Assembly (NCBI GenBank): GCA_964016885.1
Contig: OZ024741.1
Coordinates: 289,478,001-289,542,000, forward strand
From: Eledone cirrhosa
Lineage: Eukaryota
Direction: 5' to 3'
Length of the DNA stretch: 64,000 bases
In this document: positions 1 through 12,252 of the stretch, in pieces
Layout: every line of letters starts with the position of its first letter
How positions within the stretch are numbered: position 1 is the first letter of the stretch
Notes under the pieces: model-generated
Seen by the model: the letters and a program-made list of their open reading frames with translations, nothing else
The model's database searches: none
Told to the model about the DNA's origin: nothing
Made by a program: the position numbers and the translations under genes

Positions 1-33
1 TACGCACACACACACACACACACATACACACAC

Positions 34-106
<73 letters not shown>

Positions 107-160
107 TACATATATACATATATATACACACACACACACACATACATATATATATATATT
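1..160. repeat. (CA)n/(TA)n compound microsatellite
   Basis: Directly visible dinucleotide runs; representative of dozens of such tracts across the window, which are not listed individually. Confidence 0.95.
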
Positions 161-936
161 AGCCGATCTAGCTTATATCCCCCCAAAATGAGATTTTGGC
201 TTCAGTTTAATATATTTTATTACTTCTATGAGTAAATAACTTATTAATATATCTTATCCTTTCATTGAGATATTTACGTATTAGAGGCAGTTAACTTTAT
301 AAATTAATATTGACTGCTCCATCATTGTTGATCTGATTTAGACGGATTTTGCTGCTATTTCCAGCGTCAGTATTAACCCGTCGTATTGTCTTAATACATT
401 AAGTGGGATACATTCATATGGTAATTCAGCGATGGAACACGTTGTTTCACCATGCGATCTAACAACGGCATGGAATGTATTATATATATACTCAACTTGC
501 TCCATATTCCTAAGAAAGAAATCGCCTCCCGAAGAAGGAACTGAAATTCTTCCAATATTGGTTATTCCGATGTCTTGTAATGACATTGTTGTGTCTTCAG
601 TTTCAGAAACCATTTTCGGGAAACTGTATAATTTAAACAGAAATTTTAGCTGGTCTAGCTTATATATCACAAACAAATGTCTTTAGATAAAAAATAACAG
701 GTCCATTCATGTTGACATCTCTTGCAAAACTTTTGGTGCTGGCGTTTTGTGTATGATTTGTTTTTTTTATAGAAAAGTGGATGATGGAGCGTGTCTACAA
801 CACAGTAAAGAGAGAAGAACACAGATATATATATATATAGATATATGTGTATTCTCTCTTTACTGTGTTATAAGGTTCGGAATTTTTTTCGTTGGGCTAA
901 TTTGATTATAAAGGACTATTGACTTTTTAACTCAAC

Positions 937-1002
<66 letters not shown>

Positions 1003-1053
1003 AGCGCGATCCATGTTTCAAAAATGAGGCTTATTTCAAAGCACATAGAATAA

Positions 1054-2134
1054 TCTATATATATAAAACTGTGGTTGTCTGTCTGTCTATCGATTTTTGG
1101 CACACATCTCCTCTTAGAATCTCTCACGGAATTGCACCGAAATTGCTATACTTGTACATTGAGCCCTAGCGAAGACATCGGAAAAAAAATATTTCAAATT
1201 GACCCGCCCTATCTGACGAAATCGAATATAATGTATCGATTTTTGAGCGTAAGTGATCAGTTATTTCCCTTTGTTCTGTTTACATTGAGCGTCTGCGTGC
1301 AAAAATTAAAAAAATTACGCTGGCTTTCTCAGCGTTTAAAATGACATTAACACACTGCAAAATTCATCAGTTCGAACACTAAGCTTCCGTTTTGCTTCAT
1401 TTCCATTTAAAAGCCTTTTAAAACAATATTTTTACTCGAAAACAAGTCTATTTAAAGACTACGTAAAACAAGCAAATATTTCGTAAAAAAAAGCAAAAAT
1501 TATATAAGTTTATTTAAAATATATGTATCTGTAAATTTCGTTAGGCGTGCAGACAGACTTTAAGCCAAAAAAGAAACTTAACATTGTAACTTTAACACAG
1601 CTACTGAACGACCCCGAGCAACGCCGGGCTGTATCTGTAAATTTCGTTAGGCGTGCAGACAGACAGTCGTGCAGACAGATAGTCGTGCAGAGAGGTGATA
1701 TACGCGTGCAGACAGATAGTCGTGCAGAGAGGTGATATACGCGTGCAGACAGACAGTCGTGCAGAGAGGTGATATAGGCGTGCAGACAGACAGTCGTGCA
1801 GAGAGGTGATATAGGCGTGCAGACAGACATAACTGATAATTTGGTTACGCTAATGTTTTTCTCTGCGTTGCAGTGTTTACATTTTCGATCTTTGTTAATA
1901 AATAACCAGTGCAGTTTTTATCCCCAGCATCCTATTTTGTTATAACATTCGGGTTATCGTTATGTTTTCTTAACTTCATAAGGCATATTGTTGGTTGAGG
2001 GAATATTAATCAAAAACACCACATGCAAGTCTGCACAGTAGACACTACAGTTTTTAAGCCAAAAAAGAAACTTAACATTGTAACTTTAACACAGCTACTG
2101 AGCGACCCCGAGCAACGCCGGGCTTTACTGCTAG
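1054..2134 (+). mobile_element. Non-autonomous Helitron (rolling-circle transposon)
   Basis: 5' A|TCTATATATATAAAA followed by (TGTC)n. 3' GC-rich hairpin CCCGAGCAACGCCGGG (2107-2122), then CTAG|T (2131-2134). Inserted between A and T with no TSD. These are canonical Helitron termini. Confidence 0.8.
1666..1828 (+). repeat. ~37-bp minisatellite inside the Helitron (GTCGTGCAGAGAGGTGATATA(C/G)GCGTGCAGACAGA(C/T)A)
   Basis: About four visible tandem copies. Confidence 0.9.
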
Positions 2135-2242
2135 TACATAATAAAGTTACATGTCTTACTCTGTGTTTTAAACTGTGATAGCTGTGATAATGTCTTAAAC
2201 ATTTAAAGTACCCCCAGCGAAACATATTTAGGGTTATTAGGG

Positions 2243-2340
2243 GTTCACTTTGCCTTTCATCCTTACGCGGTCGATAAAATAAAGTACCAGTAATATACAG
2301 GGATAATTGCTGGCCTTGTGCCAAACGTAAAAACAATTAT
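2243..2340 (+). mobile_element. 5'-truncated SINE, family S1
   Basis: CTTTGCCTTTCATCCTTACGCGGTCGATAAAATAAAGTACCAG...GGCCTTGTGCCAAA matches the full copy at 34000-34188. Confidence 0.85.
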
Positions 2341-4387
2341 ACATATATACATTATATATTTACTTATATACTTCTTATTGTGCTGCTGATAATTAGTAAC
2401 AACCCATTAAAGCCACAATGCATTTCCATAAATACATATTACTTGCAAACATATACGAGGGTCGACTGAAATGTTCATAGGCTGACTATGAAGGATTGAT
2501 GCTAGAGCTGTGAAATCTTGCGTGTATTAATTTCAACTCTTATTAATAATTGCATTGTTTCTTTCCAGGAACTATGTTGAAATATAAACGTCATTTTGTC
2601 ATTCCATACATATTTTGGACAACCTATGAACTTTTCAGCCTATTAACTATTTAGCTCAACCTCTTATATAAACTATTAACAGTGTTTGCCTCAGTAATGA
2701 GTTAGCAAACCCCCAGCAGTTCTCGTATGGATACTGTGATAATTATAATAGCTAAGTTGTGATTACAGCTTATATTATCCGCAATGAGACTTATATTTGA
2801 CTGGTTTGCATAAACATATTATGCGTGCTTTCATATATGATTCGATTAAATATTTGCCTACACATACAGTCAAATGTGTGTACAGACACGAATGCACAGA
2901 CACACGCACACACACACACGCACATACACACACACAGACAATTATATACACACATTTGTATAGACTCTAAATGTTCCTTTCCTGGACAAAACTCCATGTT
3001 TCTAGCAGAAATGTGGATATAAATCTTACATATACATCATAACATTAATTCTTGAACGAATAAATGTTCTCGTTATACACACAAACTATTTATTTCTCTC
3101 ATTAATATCATTGTAGCACCTGCCGAATTTTATTATAAATATTTGATTCTGAAACTTGAGCACTTTCAAATGTATGGATCTTACATCACACAGTGAGATG
3201 GTATTTGTGATTTCTCTAATTTTCGGCAGCTGTCGGCATGTTCCGGTGTTTTGAAAAATTGGGACGATGCTCTCCTTTATAAAAATAAGTAACTTTTGTA
3301 TATTCTTCATTTTGTCACATGTTTGTGATAGCAAGATATTTATAAATGATTTTATATGTACATTTCCATTAGAAACATGGGACCATGTGCAGGAATCATA
3401 TATAGAATAGACATAATATTCAATATATACATTGTTGTATATTTTCCGCATGTTATTCCATTTAAACTATTTCTATATATTTGATTATTATCGCTTTGAA
3501 TAGTTGAATATTTACGAACAAATATATATTCTTTAAATATTTCTTTCTTTCTATAATTTGTATTCGTGTACTTGTATATGTGTGTTAGTGTTCAACTAAC
3601 AGTTACATAAAAGAAATCAATAAAATTTAGACTCTCCCATATGCTCAAAAACAGAAACCTACATACAGGTGACCCACTCACGTACAGTGAGAGAGAGAAA
3701 CATTATATGTGCGTGTATGTATATGCGTACACACAGACACACACACACACAGACACACACACACAGATATATATATATATATATTTCACTATGTTTTAAA
3801 TTGCATTGTCTGACGAACGAATGCGGACGTTTCTTGTATTCGTCTTATTCGGGAAACCTTTGGTAATGAGGTAATTATATTGTATTGTTTATTATACATT
3901 AAATATTTAGCTCTGTAACTTACATAGAGCACTCTTTATTCCTCTGACTTTTTTCAATTTTCAACGGAAACTTCAATACATATATATATATTTATATGAA
4001 AAGTAAGTAGGTATGTGTAAGAACTCTTTAAAATGCAGGTGGGTTTGAAATACCAATGCCACAAAGCTGGAAAGGAATAGAGAGAGGTGAGTGGGAGAAG
4101 GAGGTAAATGAAAGGACAAGAATGACCGATTCTTACCTTAGTAATTTATTAGTTCCAATATTTCGGCTCTACTATTATTTATCAAGGTAACTTGCATATG
4201 TATGTATGTATGCATGTATATATATATATGTTTCTCTTTCTCATAATTTCGAGTACATTTTTGACCGGCCACCTTCCTGGTGGCAAGTTTGTAAAAGAAA
4301 ATAAATTGGTCCATGTATATATGTATGGATTTAATTATAAATTTTTTTTTTTTATGGAGCGTGAGACTCCTAGTCTTCATTAAAACA

Positions 4388-4695
4388 TCTCTCTAGGAGA
4401 AGGTCACCCTGATATAAAACCTACGACTTCATTTGTATCCAATATAGCTCAGTTTGTATCCATGTAGATCAGTTCTTCTTTTTGGGCAAATGCATTCAAT
4501 GTTCAGAGAGCCTTTCCTCACTTGAAAAAGCTTCAAGCAGAGGCATCGGTTGATATGTGACATGTTTTGCGATGTATCTTATTGCTTGCCATAGGTAAGT
4601 TCCTAGCAGGACTAAAAAGCCACGTCCGTGATGCTCAAGCTCATGCTTAAGTATCAAGCGATGGCATTACTCGAAATCGAGTTGCAGCTATCATG
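4388..4695. repeat. Diverged, oppositely oriented copy of the dispersed repeat at 38384/40122 (family G)
   Basis: Reverse complement shares TTTTTAGTCC.GCTAG, TGCCT.TGCT..GAAGCTTTT, CCAAAAAGAAGAAC, ATTGGATAC and TTATATCAG.G...CCTTCTCCTAGA with 38460-38750. Confidence 0.7.
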
Positions 4696-4734
4696 TAATT
4701 ATATATATATATATATATATTTGGATTCAAAATT

Positions 4735-4960
4735 GTGAGGTTATGAGTTCGATTCCCGAAGTGGGCTAGGCATTGTGTCTTTGAGCAAAACACTTTATTT
4801 AACGTTGCTTTAACTCGCTTAGTTTTTAGAAATTGGTTGCGGCGTCGCTGGTGCCAACTACATAGGCCTCTTCTTTTCTCTTCGACGAAATTGGTGGCGT
4901 GTAGAGAGGAGACTGGTATGCATGAGCGATTGCTGATCTTTCCCCAAATCACCTTGCTTT
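4735..4960 (+). mobile_element. tRNA-derived SINE, family S2 (degenerate)
   Basis: B-box-like GAGTTCGATTCCC followed by TGTGTCTTTGAGCAAAACACTTTATTT, shared with 8388-8820 and 46125-46190. Confidence 0.65.
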
Positions 4961-5034
4961 GAGGGGATACGTCGAATACGTCTGTAGCATTTGATTTTTT
5001 GATCCATGCTTCATCATTGTTTGCGTTGGTCAGT

Positions 5035-5600
5035 GAGTTAAACCAGTTATTTACTATATCACTATCTTCTCTCTGGTAAGGTTGGATGGTTTACTTATGT
5101 CTTTAATTATATTCTTACGTACCGTCATGCTAAATAGTCCTTACTGTGTACATGCAGGGTTTATACGCCAGCAGGTGGGGTTATTACTGATGCCAGGTAC
5201 GTGGACTTTAAGGGTGATGAAGGCCTCACATTGGGCTAAATATTCTAATGTCTTATCTGCAGCAAGGGTGGTGGATATGTGCTTTGCTTTATTATTGATG
5301 TTATTGTAAATTGGAGTGTCTACCTTTTATATCTAGAAGTAATGGTGCTATGTATTAAATGAGTATATTTAGTTTGGTCTAGCTCATATAAATTATTAAT
5401 TTTGTCATATAGGACGAAGTTATTTTTATTGGAACTAAAATTGTATATAATTTGTTAAGTTTCCTTTGGAAAGGGATAGAATATTTAGGAAAGGAGATCT
5501 TAACGACTAAGTCAATAAGATCTGAATCGAAAGGAACGAGGTCATTTAACTTTGAGGTGATTCTAGATTTAAGGTTGAAAATGTCGGATGATCCCATGAT
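5035..5600 (-). pseudogene. Penelope-like element (PLE) ORF / reverse transcriptase N-terminal remnant
   Basis: Minus-strand translation gives ...LVPFDSDLIDLVVKISF..FQRKLN..., then EAFITLKVHVPGISNNPTCWRINPA (~5153-5227) and ..VNNWFNSL. These resemble from memory the PLE-type motif AFITLKDHK.NF.NNP.CRLINPAK. Stops and frameshifts are present. Confidence 0.65.
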
Positions 5601-5708
5601 TTTCCTGTCCTTTGCCACCAAAAAAGGGTGAACTGACAAACTGAGGAAAAGAATCATTTCTACACACGTATTCAGTATATGTAAATGTGAAGTTACCCAA
5701 ATATATAT

Positions 5709-5752
<44 letters not shown>

Positions 5753-5800
5753 AAAGAGTGAAGAATAACATGGTCAACAGTACAAAAAAGGGTTTTATTT

Positions 5801-5914
5801 ACATTATTAACAATTGTTTCACTGATTAAGTTGTCTAAAAATTGCTGAACACTTGAAGTTGTGCCACTCAATTTTAAATATGATGTTAGCTTAACCAGAT
5901 CATCAGAGGACTGT
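5801..5914 (-). ncRNA. Type-I hammerhead ribozyme motif with long stem II (family B)
   Basis: Minus strand: ACAGTCCT-CTGATGA-T-CTGGTTAAG...CTTAATCAG-T-GAAA-CAATTG-TT. 9-bp stem II base, palindromic stem III, imperfect stem I. Confidence 0.6.
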
Positions 5915-6700
5915 TAAAAATATACTCAGCGTTTACGAATTCAAATTACATCATCATTAATAGAGAAAGAGAAAGAAAAAAAGATAGAAAAAAGAAAAAA
6001 AGAAAAAGATATAGAGAAAAAAGATAGAGAGAAAAAAGATAGAGAGAATAAAGAAAGAAGAGAAAATGATGAAGAAAAAGATAAAAGATAAAGAAAAAGA
6101 AAAATATAGAGAAAAAAATAATAAAGATAATAATAATAAATGAATAAATAAATGTTAATAAATAAGTTATAACGAAGATGATATAAATAATACAAAATAT
6201 GATAAAAAATAAATAAAAAAATTTAATATGCGTGCGAAGAAAATAAACATCGTATGATTATTGAGAATAGTTGTGGTATTGGGTATAGAGATATGATGGT
6301 ATAAACATGAAAATGTTAAATATATTCATATATGTATTAGTTACATTAATAAATTAATTAAATAATTAATTAATTAATTAATTAATTGTAAGTTATATTA
6401 GAAGTGAAAATAACGCAAGATATAATGTAAGAGATGAAATAAATTTAGGGAAAGAAGTAGAAAGAGAGAAAATGAAAGAGAGAAAATATATTAAAATTAT
6501 TATCTTTATTATTTTTTTCTCTCTATTTTTCTTTTTCTTTATCTTTTATCTTTTTTCTTCATCCTTTTCTCTTCTTTCTTTTTTCTCTATCTTTTTTTCT
6601 CTGTATCCTTTTCTTTTTTTCTTTTTTCTATCTTTTTTTCTTTCTCTTTCTCTATTAATGATGATGTAATTTGAATTCGTAAACGCTGAGTATATTTTTA

Positions 6701-6811
6701 ACAGTCCTCTGATGATCTGGTTAAGCTAACATCATATTTAAAATTGAGTGGCACAGCTTCAAGAGTTCAGCAATTTTTAGACAACTTAATCAGTGAAACA
6801 ATTAATACTGT
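6701..6811 (+). ncRNA. Type-I hammerhead motif (family B, stem III partly deleted)
   Basis: CTGATGA at 6709-6715; stem II CTGGTTAAG (6717-25) / CTTAATCAG (6785-93); GAAA at 6795-98; ACAGT/ACTGT distal stem I. Confidence 0.5.
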
Positions 6812-7027
6812 AAATAAAACCCTTTTTGTACTGTTGACCATGTTATTCTTCACTCTTTCAATATTATTACTCCAAGATTAACCTGCATAGGAATTCAAGA
6901 GAACTCACAAACTCGCCACCTACGGAAACCTCTTGTTGGGTCAAACAACGCCGTGCGCTAAAACTATCCACAATACGGAGTATTCACAACCTCTAACTGA
7001 ATTACTTATAACGATATTTTATCATCC

Positions 7028-7063
<36 letters not shown>

Positions 7064-7194
7064 TATACACGCACACACACACATACGTATATATACATAT
7101 ATGTATATATATGTATATATATATATAGTCGGTCCGCATCGATAACTAATGACCAAGGTTTTTCACCTAGAAAGTACTTCTCTGAGGGACAAGC

Positions 7195-7415
7195 CTGGGA
7201 AAACTTTGTTTATGGAAGACCACCACTCGCCCATGCATCCAAGTCTCGCCTCTCCACCTCACCGATGTTGTCCAAGGGAAAGGCAATACAGCTTGTCACC
7301 AGTGGCGTCGGAACTCATTCCTACAGCGGGTTGAACAGGAGCACCATGAAATAAAGAGTATTTCTCAAGGCCACAATGCAATTGTAAACTCTAGCCACTA
7401 AGCCGTGCACCTTCG
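7195..7415 (-). mobile_element. SINE family S2 (degenerate)
   Basis: Reverse complement contains GCACGGCTTAGTGG (A-box-like) and TGTGGCCTTGAGAAATACTCTTTATTTCA. Confidence 0.55.
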
Positions 7416-7465
<50 letters not shown>

Positions 7466-7466
7466 G

Positions 7467-7648
7467 TTTAATATAGAAATGGCGTCTACAGGACTAGAAC
7501 TGTTTCATTTGGAGGAAATCATGACGAGTTCCTCCGAATGAAACAATTCTAGTCCTCTAGAAGCCATTTCTATATTAAATATTTATACTCTGCTATGTAT
7601 TGAGTCCCTTACTTACTGTGGTTACCCCGATTGAACCCGGGGTAAACA
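7467..7648. mobile_element. Short head-to-head foldback element (family C) in (TA)n
   Basis: TTTAATATAGAAATGGC.TCTACAGGACTAGAACTGTTTCATT followed by its inverse, plus the tail ATTTATACTCTGCTATGTATTGAG...CCGGGGTAAAC. Confidence 0.8.
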
Positions 7649-7652
7649 TATA

Positions 7653-7683
<31 letters not shown>

Positions 7684-8387
7684 TTATACACATTTATATA
7701 TATACATATATATACACATTTATACACATCTATATATATATATATATATACATTTATACGCACACACTCACACACGCACACACATATAGACTTATACACA
7801 CATATAAATATACATACACACACACATTTGATATAGAGCCTATATTGAAATCAGTTCCAATAAATTTTGATGTCAGTTTACTAAATTGACCAAAGCGAGA
7901 CACATGTATCATGATACAACACATTGAAACCCAAACCAACCCCAAACCAACCCCAAACCAACCCATCCCAACCCATCCGAAACTAATCCTAAGCCAACCA
8001 AAACGAACTCAGATATTCACCAACCCCTTCAAAACCTAACCATACACACAACCAAACTTTCATCAACTGGTTCAAATTTAACAGCCACCAATCCATACAA
8101 CAGCTAATCACACAGCTAAATATACTTTAAACCACAGGTTCTCAACCCATTTAGGCCAAACGCCCCCTTTTGTCGCTCAAAATCACGAAACGCCCCCCCC
8201 CCCCCCCCCTATTTTTCCATTTTTCAATATACTACTGATTTTGATATCAGTCGATTACTAAAAAATTGATTAACAATATTCCAAAGATACCATTGCAGAC
8301 AGCTGAGAGTATAAATACATTCCTTGAAAGGAAATATATAAATTTAAAAAAAAGGAACATAAATGTTCTTTTTTATGAATAAGGAAG

Positions 8388-8820
8388 GCACATGGCTTAG
8401 TGGTTATAGCATTGGGCTTGCAATAGAAAGGTTCTGAGTTCAATTCTCGGACCGGGTGATGTGTTGTTTCCTTGAGCAAGACACTTTATTTCACATTGCT
8501 CCAGTTTACTCAGCTGTAGAAATGAGATGATAGGACTGGGGTCCCTATCATTCCACTGCAAAGTGGTCATGGAGGTGCCACGGCAAAAAAAAGCACCCAG
8601 CCCACACTGTAAAAGTGGACGTGTAGGCGCCACGGAAAAAAGCACCCAGCACTCACTGTAAATGAGGTTGGTGTTAGGAAGGGCATCCAGCTGTAGAAAT
8701 CAAGCCAGAATCAGTTCCCGTATGAGCAAGACAAGGTCAGCCGACCGGACACTGCCCACCACAACAGGACAACCCATCTAACCCATGCTAGCATGGAAGA
8801 CGGATGTAAAACGGTGCTGC
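8388..8820 (+). mobile_element. tRNA-derived SINE (family S2) nested in the hAT element
   Basis: A-box TGGCTTAGTGG, B-box GAGTTCAATTCTC, CORE-like TCCTTGAGCAAGACACTTTA, and AGGAAGGGCATCCAGCTGTAGAAA in the tail. Confidence 0.75.
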
Positions 8821-9226
8821 TGAAGGACCAGTTGAATTTGTTATATTCCCACCAGGCGATACCAGCTATTTTGAACATTTATACAAGAGCAACTCTGTCT
8901 ATCCAAAGAGTGGTCTTATCTGGAAGAAAGTGGCAATTATATCATTTCAAAGCTTTCCAATTTTCCTTTTATTGAAACAGACAGAATAAATGTTGATATC
9001 TAACTTGATGTCCCCTCCTCTTTGTGAGCTTAGAGACCGTGGAAGAGGGTTTTCATGACTATATAAGATGGTATATTTATTAGTAAATGGTAAAAAATAT
9101 ACAACAAATGAGTAAGTGAATTGCAGTCAGACTGCAACTACAAATAACAAAATTGTTAGTTTGCTTTGTAACAATAGCATATCCAAGTTTTCGGATAAAT
9201 CAACTTACTTTAACTTTGACCTCATT

Positions 9227-10254
9227 TCAATGGAATCCTTGAGCTTCATGGAGTCTAGCTAACTCTTTGACATGAGGCTGAATTTTCGTAAGATGTAGCT
9301 AGCGATCTCCACGTGTAATTACATTGTAGCGGTTGCATCAAACCTCCTCTCGACTAAGTATGAGCTTGGAAAAGGCAGAGCAAATCTCTTAGCCTCTGCA
9401 TGTAGGAGTGGAAATCGACGCTGAATTTCCTCTTGCATCCAAAACAGTGGTTCACCTATTTTCGGAAATCTAATTTTGATCATGCTATCTGCTTGAAGTT
9501 CAATGAATTCTTCCTGAAATTTAACGTCCAAATAGTCGACGGTAGCTATGACGGGATCTGCTATCCACATTGGGATGTCCATCGACAAAAGGTCAACAAA
9601 CTGTTATCTCATGTTGTCTTGTAGTGCATGGAAGTGAACGGTATACATTTGGAGTTGGTTATCGCTTACAATATTTTGAACATTGGCGACACTAGGAAAA
9701 TTATAGAATTCCCGTCAACAAAGATTCCTTTCGATGACATTCAATTTGGCTAGGAATGTTTTCACAGCATTCCTTGCTTTAAGCAATGTGATCTTCTTCC
9801 CCTGCAAAGCCATAATGATGCTATTGCATTTGTCAAAGGGGTTAGCGAGGTAGGCGCAGTCTTGCCTCACATCGAGGGTTTTCTTGTACAGTTCTGTGTT
9901 GCGTCCTCGAAGAAACTCAATGATAGAGTCGAACAGTTCAAAGAAGTGAGTAAGGCACTTGCCCTTTGAAAGCCACCTCACTTCAGTATGAAGGAGCAAC
10001 TTGACGAATTCTTCATCATTATCTTGGCACAGTTGCCGAACATTTTGTTCTTTGAGGGAATGGTGTTTGATAAAATTGATGACATCAATGGCCACCTGCA
10101 AGGACTTGCTCAGTGGCTCACTGAGTTTCTTCACAGCCAAGTGTTGTTGATGAATGACACAATGAACAGCAAATACAGATAGATTTTCTCTCTTCAGAAG
10201 AGTGAAGAAACCCTTATGTTGGCCGACCATTGCTCTTGCGTCATCCGTAGCACA
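9227..10254 (-). pseudogene. Buster-type hAT transposase remnant (SCAND3/ZBED5-like C-terminal part)
   Basis: CATDDARAMVG, VHCVIHQQHLA, LLLHTEVRWLSKGKCL, LPFPSSYLVERRF and C-terminal HEAQGFH*. Stops and frameshifts present; N-terminus missing. Confidence 0.92.
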
Positions 10255-10261
10255 TGATACA

Positions 10262-10815
10262 ATGTGTGTTGTATGTGGTCCTAGATGTATGTATTACCTC
10301 CCTGTGTGTTGTATGCAGTCCTAGATGTATGTATTACCTGCTTATGTATTGCATGTGGTCCCAGCTGTATGTATTACCTGCTTGTGTGTTGTATGTACTC
10401 CTAGATGTGTGTATTACCTGCTTATGTGTTGCATGTGGTCCTAGATGTATGTATTACCTGTGTGTTGCATGTGGTCCCAGCTGTATGTATTACCTGCTTG
10501 TGTGTTGTATGTGGTCCTAGATGTGTGTATTACCTGCTTATGTGTTGCATGTGGTCCTAGATGTGTGTATTACCTGCTTATGTGTTGTATGTAGTCCTAG
10601 ATGTGTGTATTATCTGATTATGTGTTGTATGTGGTACTAGATGTGCGTGCTACCTGATTATGAGTTGTATGTGGTCCTAGATGTGTGTATTACCTGATTA
10701 TGTGTTGTATGTAGTCCTAGATGTGTGTATTATCTGATTATGTGTTGTATGTGGTCTTAGATGTGTGTACTACCTGATTATGTGTTGTATGTGGTCCTAG
10801 ATGTGTGTGCTACCC
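10262..10815 (+). repeat. 40-bp minisatellite (~14 copies) within the hAT element
   Basis: Unit TGTGTTGTATGTGGTCCTAGATGTGTGTATTACCTGCTTA. Confidence 0.92.
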
Positions 10816-11399
10816 ACTTTTGTGTTTTTTCTTTTCTTTTTTTATTTGTAATATTATTTATACAATAGAGAATAAAATAGATCTACATAGTGTTAACTCG
10901 TTACGGTTGAGTCAACAATTTCAGACATGAAATACATTGTTATCGGTGAAGCAAAGACAAGATTCAAACTGGCTGCACTCAAAGTGTCCTTGCCCAGTTG
11001 ACTGTGGGGTTTTCCATTTTTAGGATCTTAATTGCCGGTTAATGTTTAGACACGCCTGCACACCTGCTTACAGCTGCGGTCAGACCATAGTTATGCTGTC
11101 TGCATGCTCATTCAAATGCATTCACACTGGCTGTCTCAGAGACATACAAATATGGCTTATAAAACTTACCAAAGTAAAGAGCCTTCCAGTGCCCCCCTAG
11201 CGCCCCCTGATGCCCCCTTGTTCCAACCCCCCCCCCCTGGAGTTCCAAAACGCCCCCTGGGGGTGCATATTCCCCCCGTTGAGAACCTTTGCTTTAAACC
11301 ATTGGTTATTGCAGCTAATGAAAATGAGGAACATGTATGTAAAGAAATTTCAACTCTTTAGATATTCCTTGTTTTTTGCTAAAAAGAAAACTTTATTTA

Positions 11400-12252
11400 A
11401 TAATGGTTTCTTATATAGACACAAGGCCAGCAATTTTTGGGGGAGGGGAAAGTCGACTCCGGTGAGTGGAGTGACTGGTACTTTATTTTATCGACCTCGA
11501 AAGGATGAAAAAAAGCAAAGTTAACCTCAGCGGGATTTGAACTCAGATAATAAAGGGCCGTAACTCTGCGCTGCAAAGCATGGCGTCCGACACTCTACTG
11601 ATACTGCCAATCCACCGCCCTTTTATTTACAGTAATAATAATAATAATTGTTTCTACTTTTTGGCACAAGGCCAGCAATTACCCAGTACAATACTGGTAC
11701 TTTATTTTATCGATCCCGTAAGGATGAAAGGCAAAGTTACCTCGGCGGGATTTGAACTCAGATCATAAAGGGACATAACTATGCTAGAAAGCAGGGCGTC
11801 TGACCCTCTACCAATACTGCCAATCCACCGCCCTTTTATTTACAGTAATAATAATAATAATGTTTCTACTTTTGGCTCAAGGTCAGAATTACCTCAGTGC
11901 ATTAGTGGTATTTTATTTTCTCGACTCCGTAAGGATGAAAGGCAAAGCTAACCTCGGCGAGTTTGAACTCAGATCGTAAAGGGGCGTAACTCAATGCTAC
12001 AAAGCATGACATCCGACCCTCTACCGATATTGCCAATAATAATGGTTTCTTATATAAGCACAAGGCCAGCAATTTTGGGGGAGGGGACAGTCGATTAAAT
12101 CAACCCCAGAGCGTGACTGGTACTTTATTTTATCGACCCCGTAAGGATGAAAGGCAAAGTTAACCTCGGCGGGATTTGAACTCAGATCGTAAAGGGGCGT
12201 AACTCAATGCTGCAAAGCATGACGTCCGACCCTCTGTTGATATTGCCAATAA
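11400..12252 (-). mobile_element. Tandem cluster of four S1 SINEs
   Basis: Four successive copies of ...ACAAGGCCAG...GTACTTTATTTTATCGAC...GATGAAAGGCAAAGTTAACCTCGGCGGGATTTGAACTCAG...CTCTAC.GATACTGCCAAT separated by (AAT)n. Confidence 0.88.

Larger units (their letters stand above)
5748..7030. mobile_element. Head-to-head foldback element (family B; PLE inverted pLTR-like) in (TA)n
   Basis: Inverted arms ~5748-6133 and ~6498-6863, slightly diverged. The right arm has an extra ~165-bp tail. (TA)n on both sides. Each arm carries a hammerhead motif. Confidence 0.8.
8133..11291 (-). mobile_element. hAT DNA transposon, Buster/Charlie group (3159 bp, internally rearranged)
   Basis: TIRs CACAGGTTCTCAAC (8133-8146) and GTTGAGAACCTTTG (11278-11291), 13/14 match. 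Identical 8-bp TSD CTTTAAAC (8125-8132, 11292-11299) with the central TA typical of Buster elements. Transposase remnant inside. Confidence 0.93.

Noticed and set aside
8388-8460. tRNA gene
   Set aside because: tRNA-like A/B boxes continue into a repeated SINE body; no full cloverleaf. The same applies to the S1 heads.
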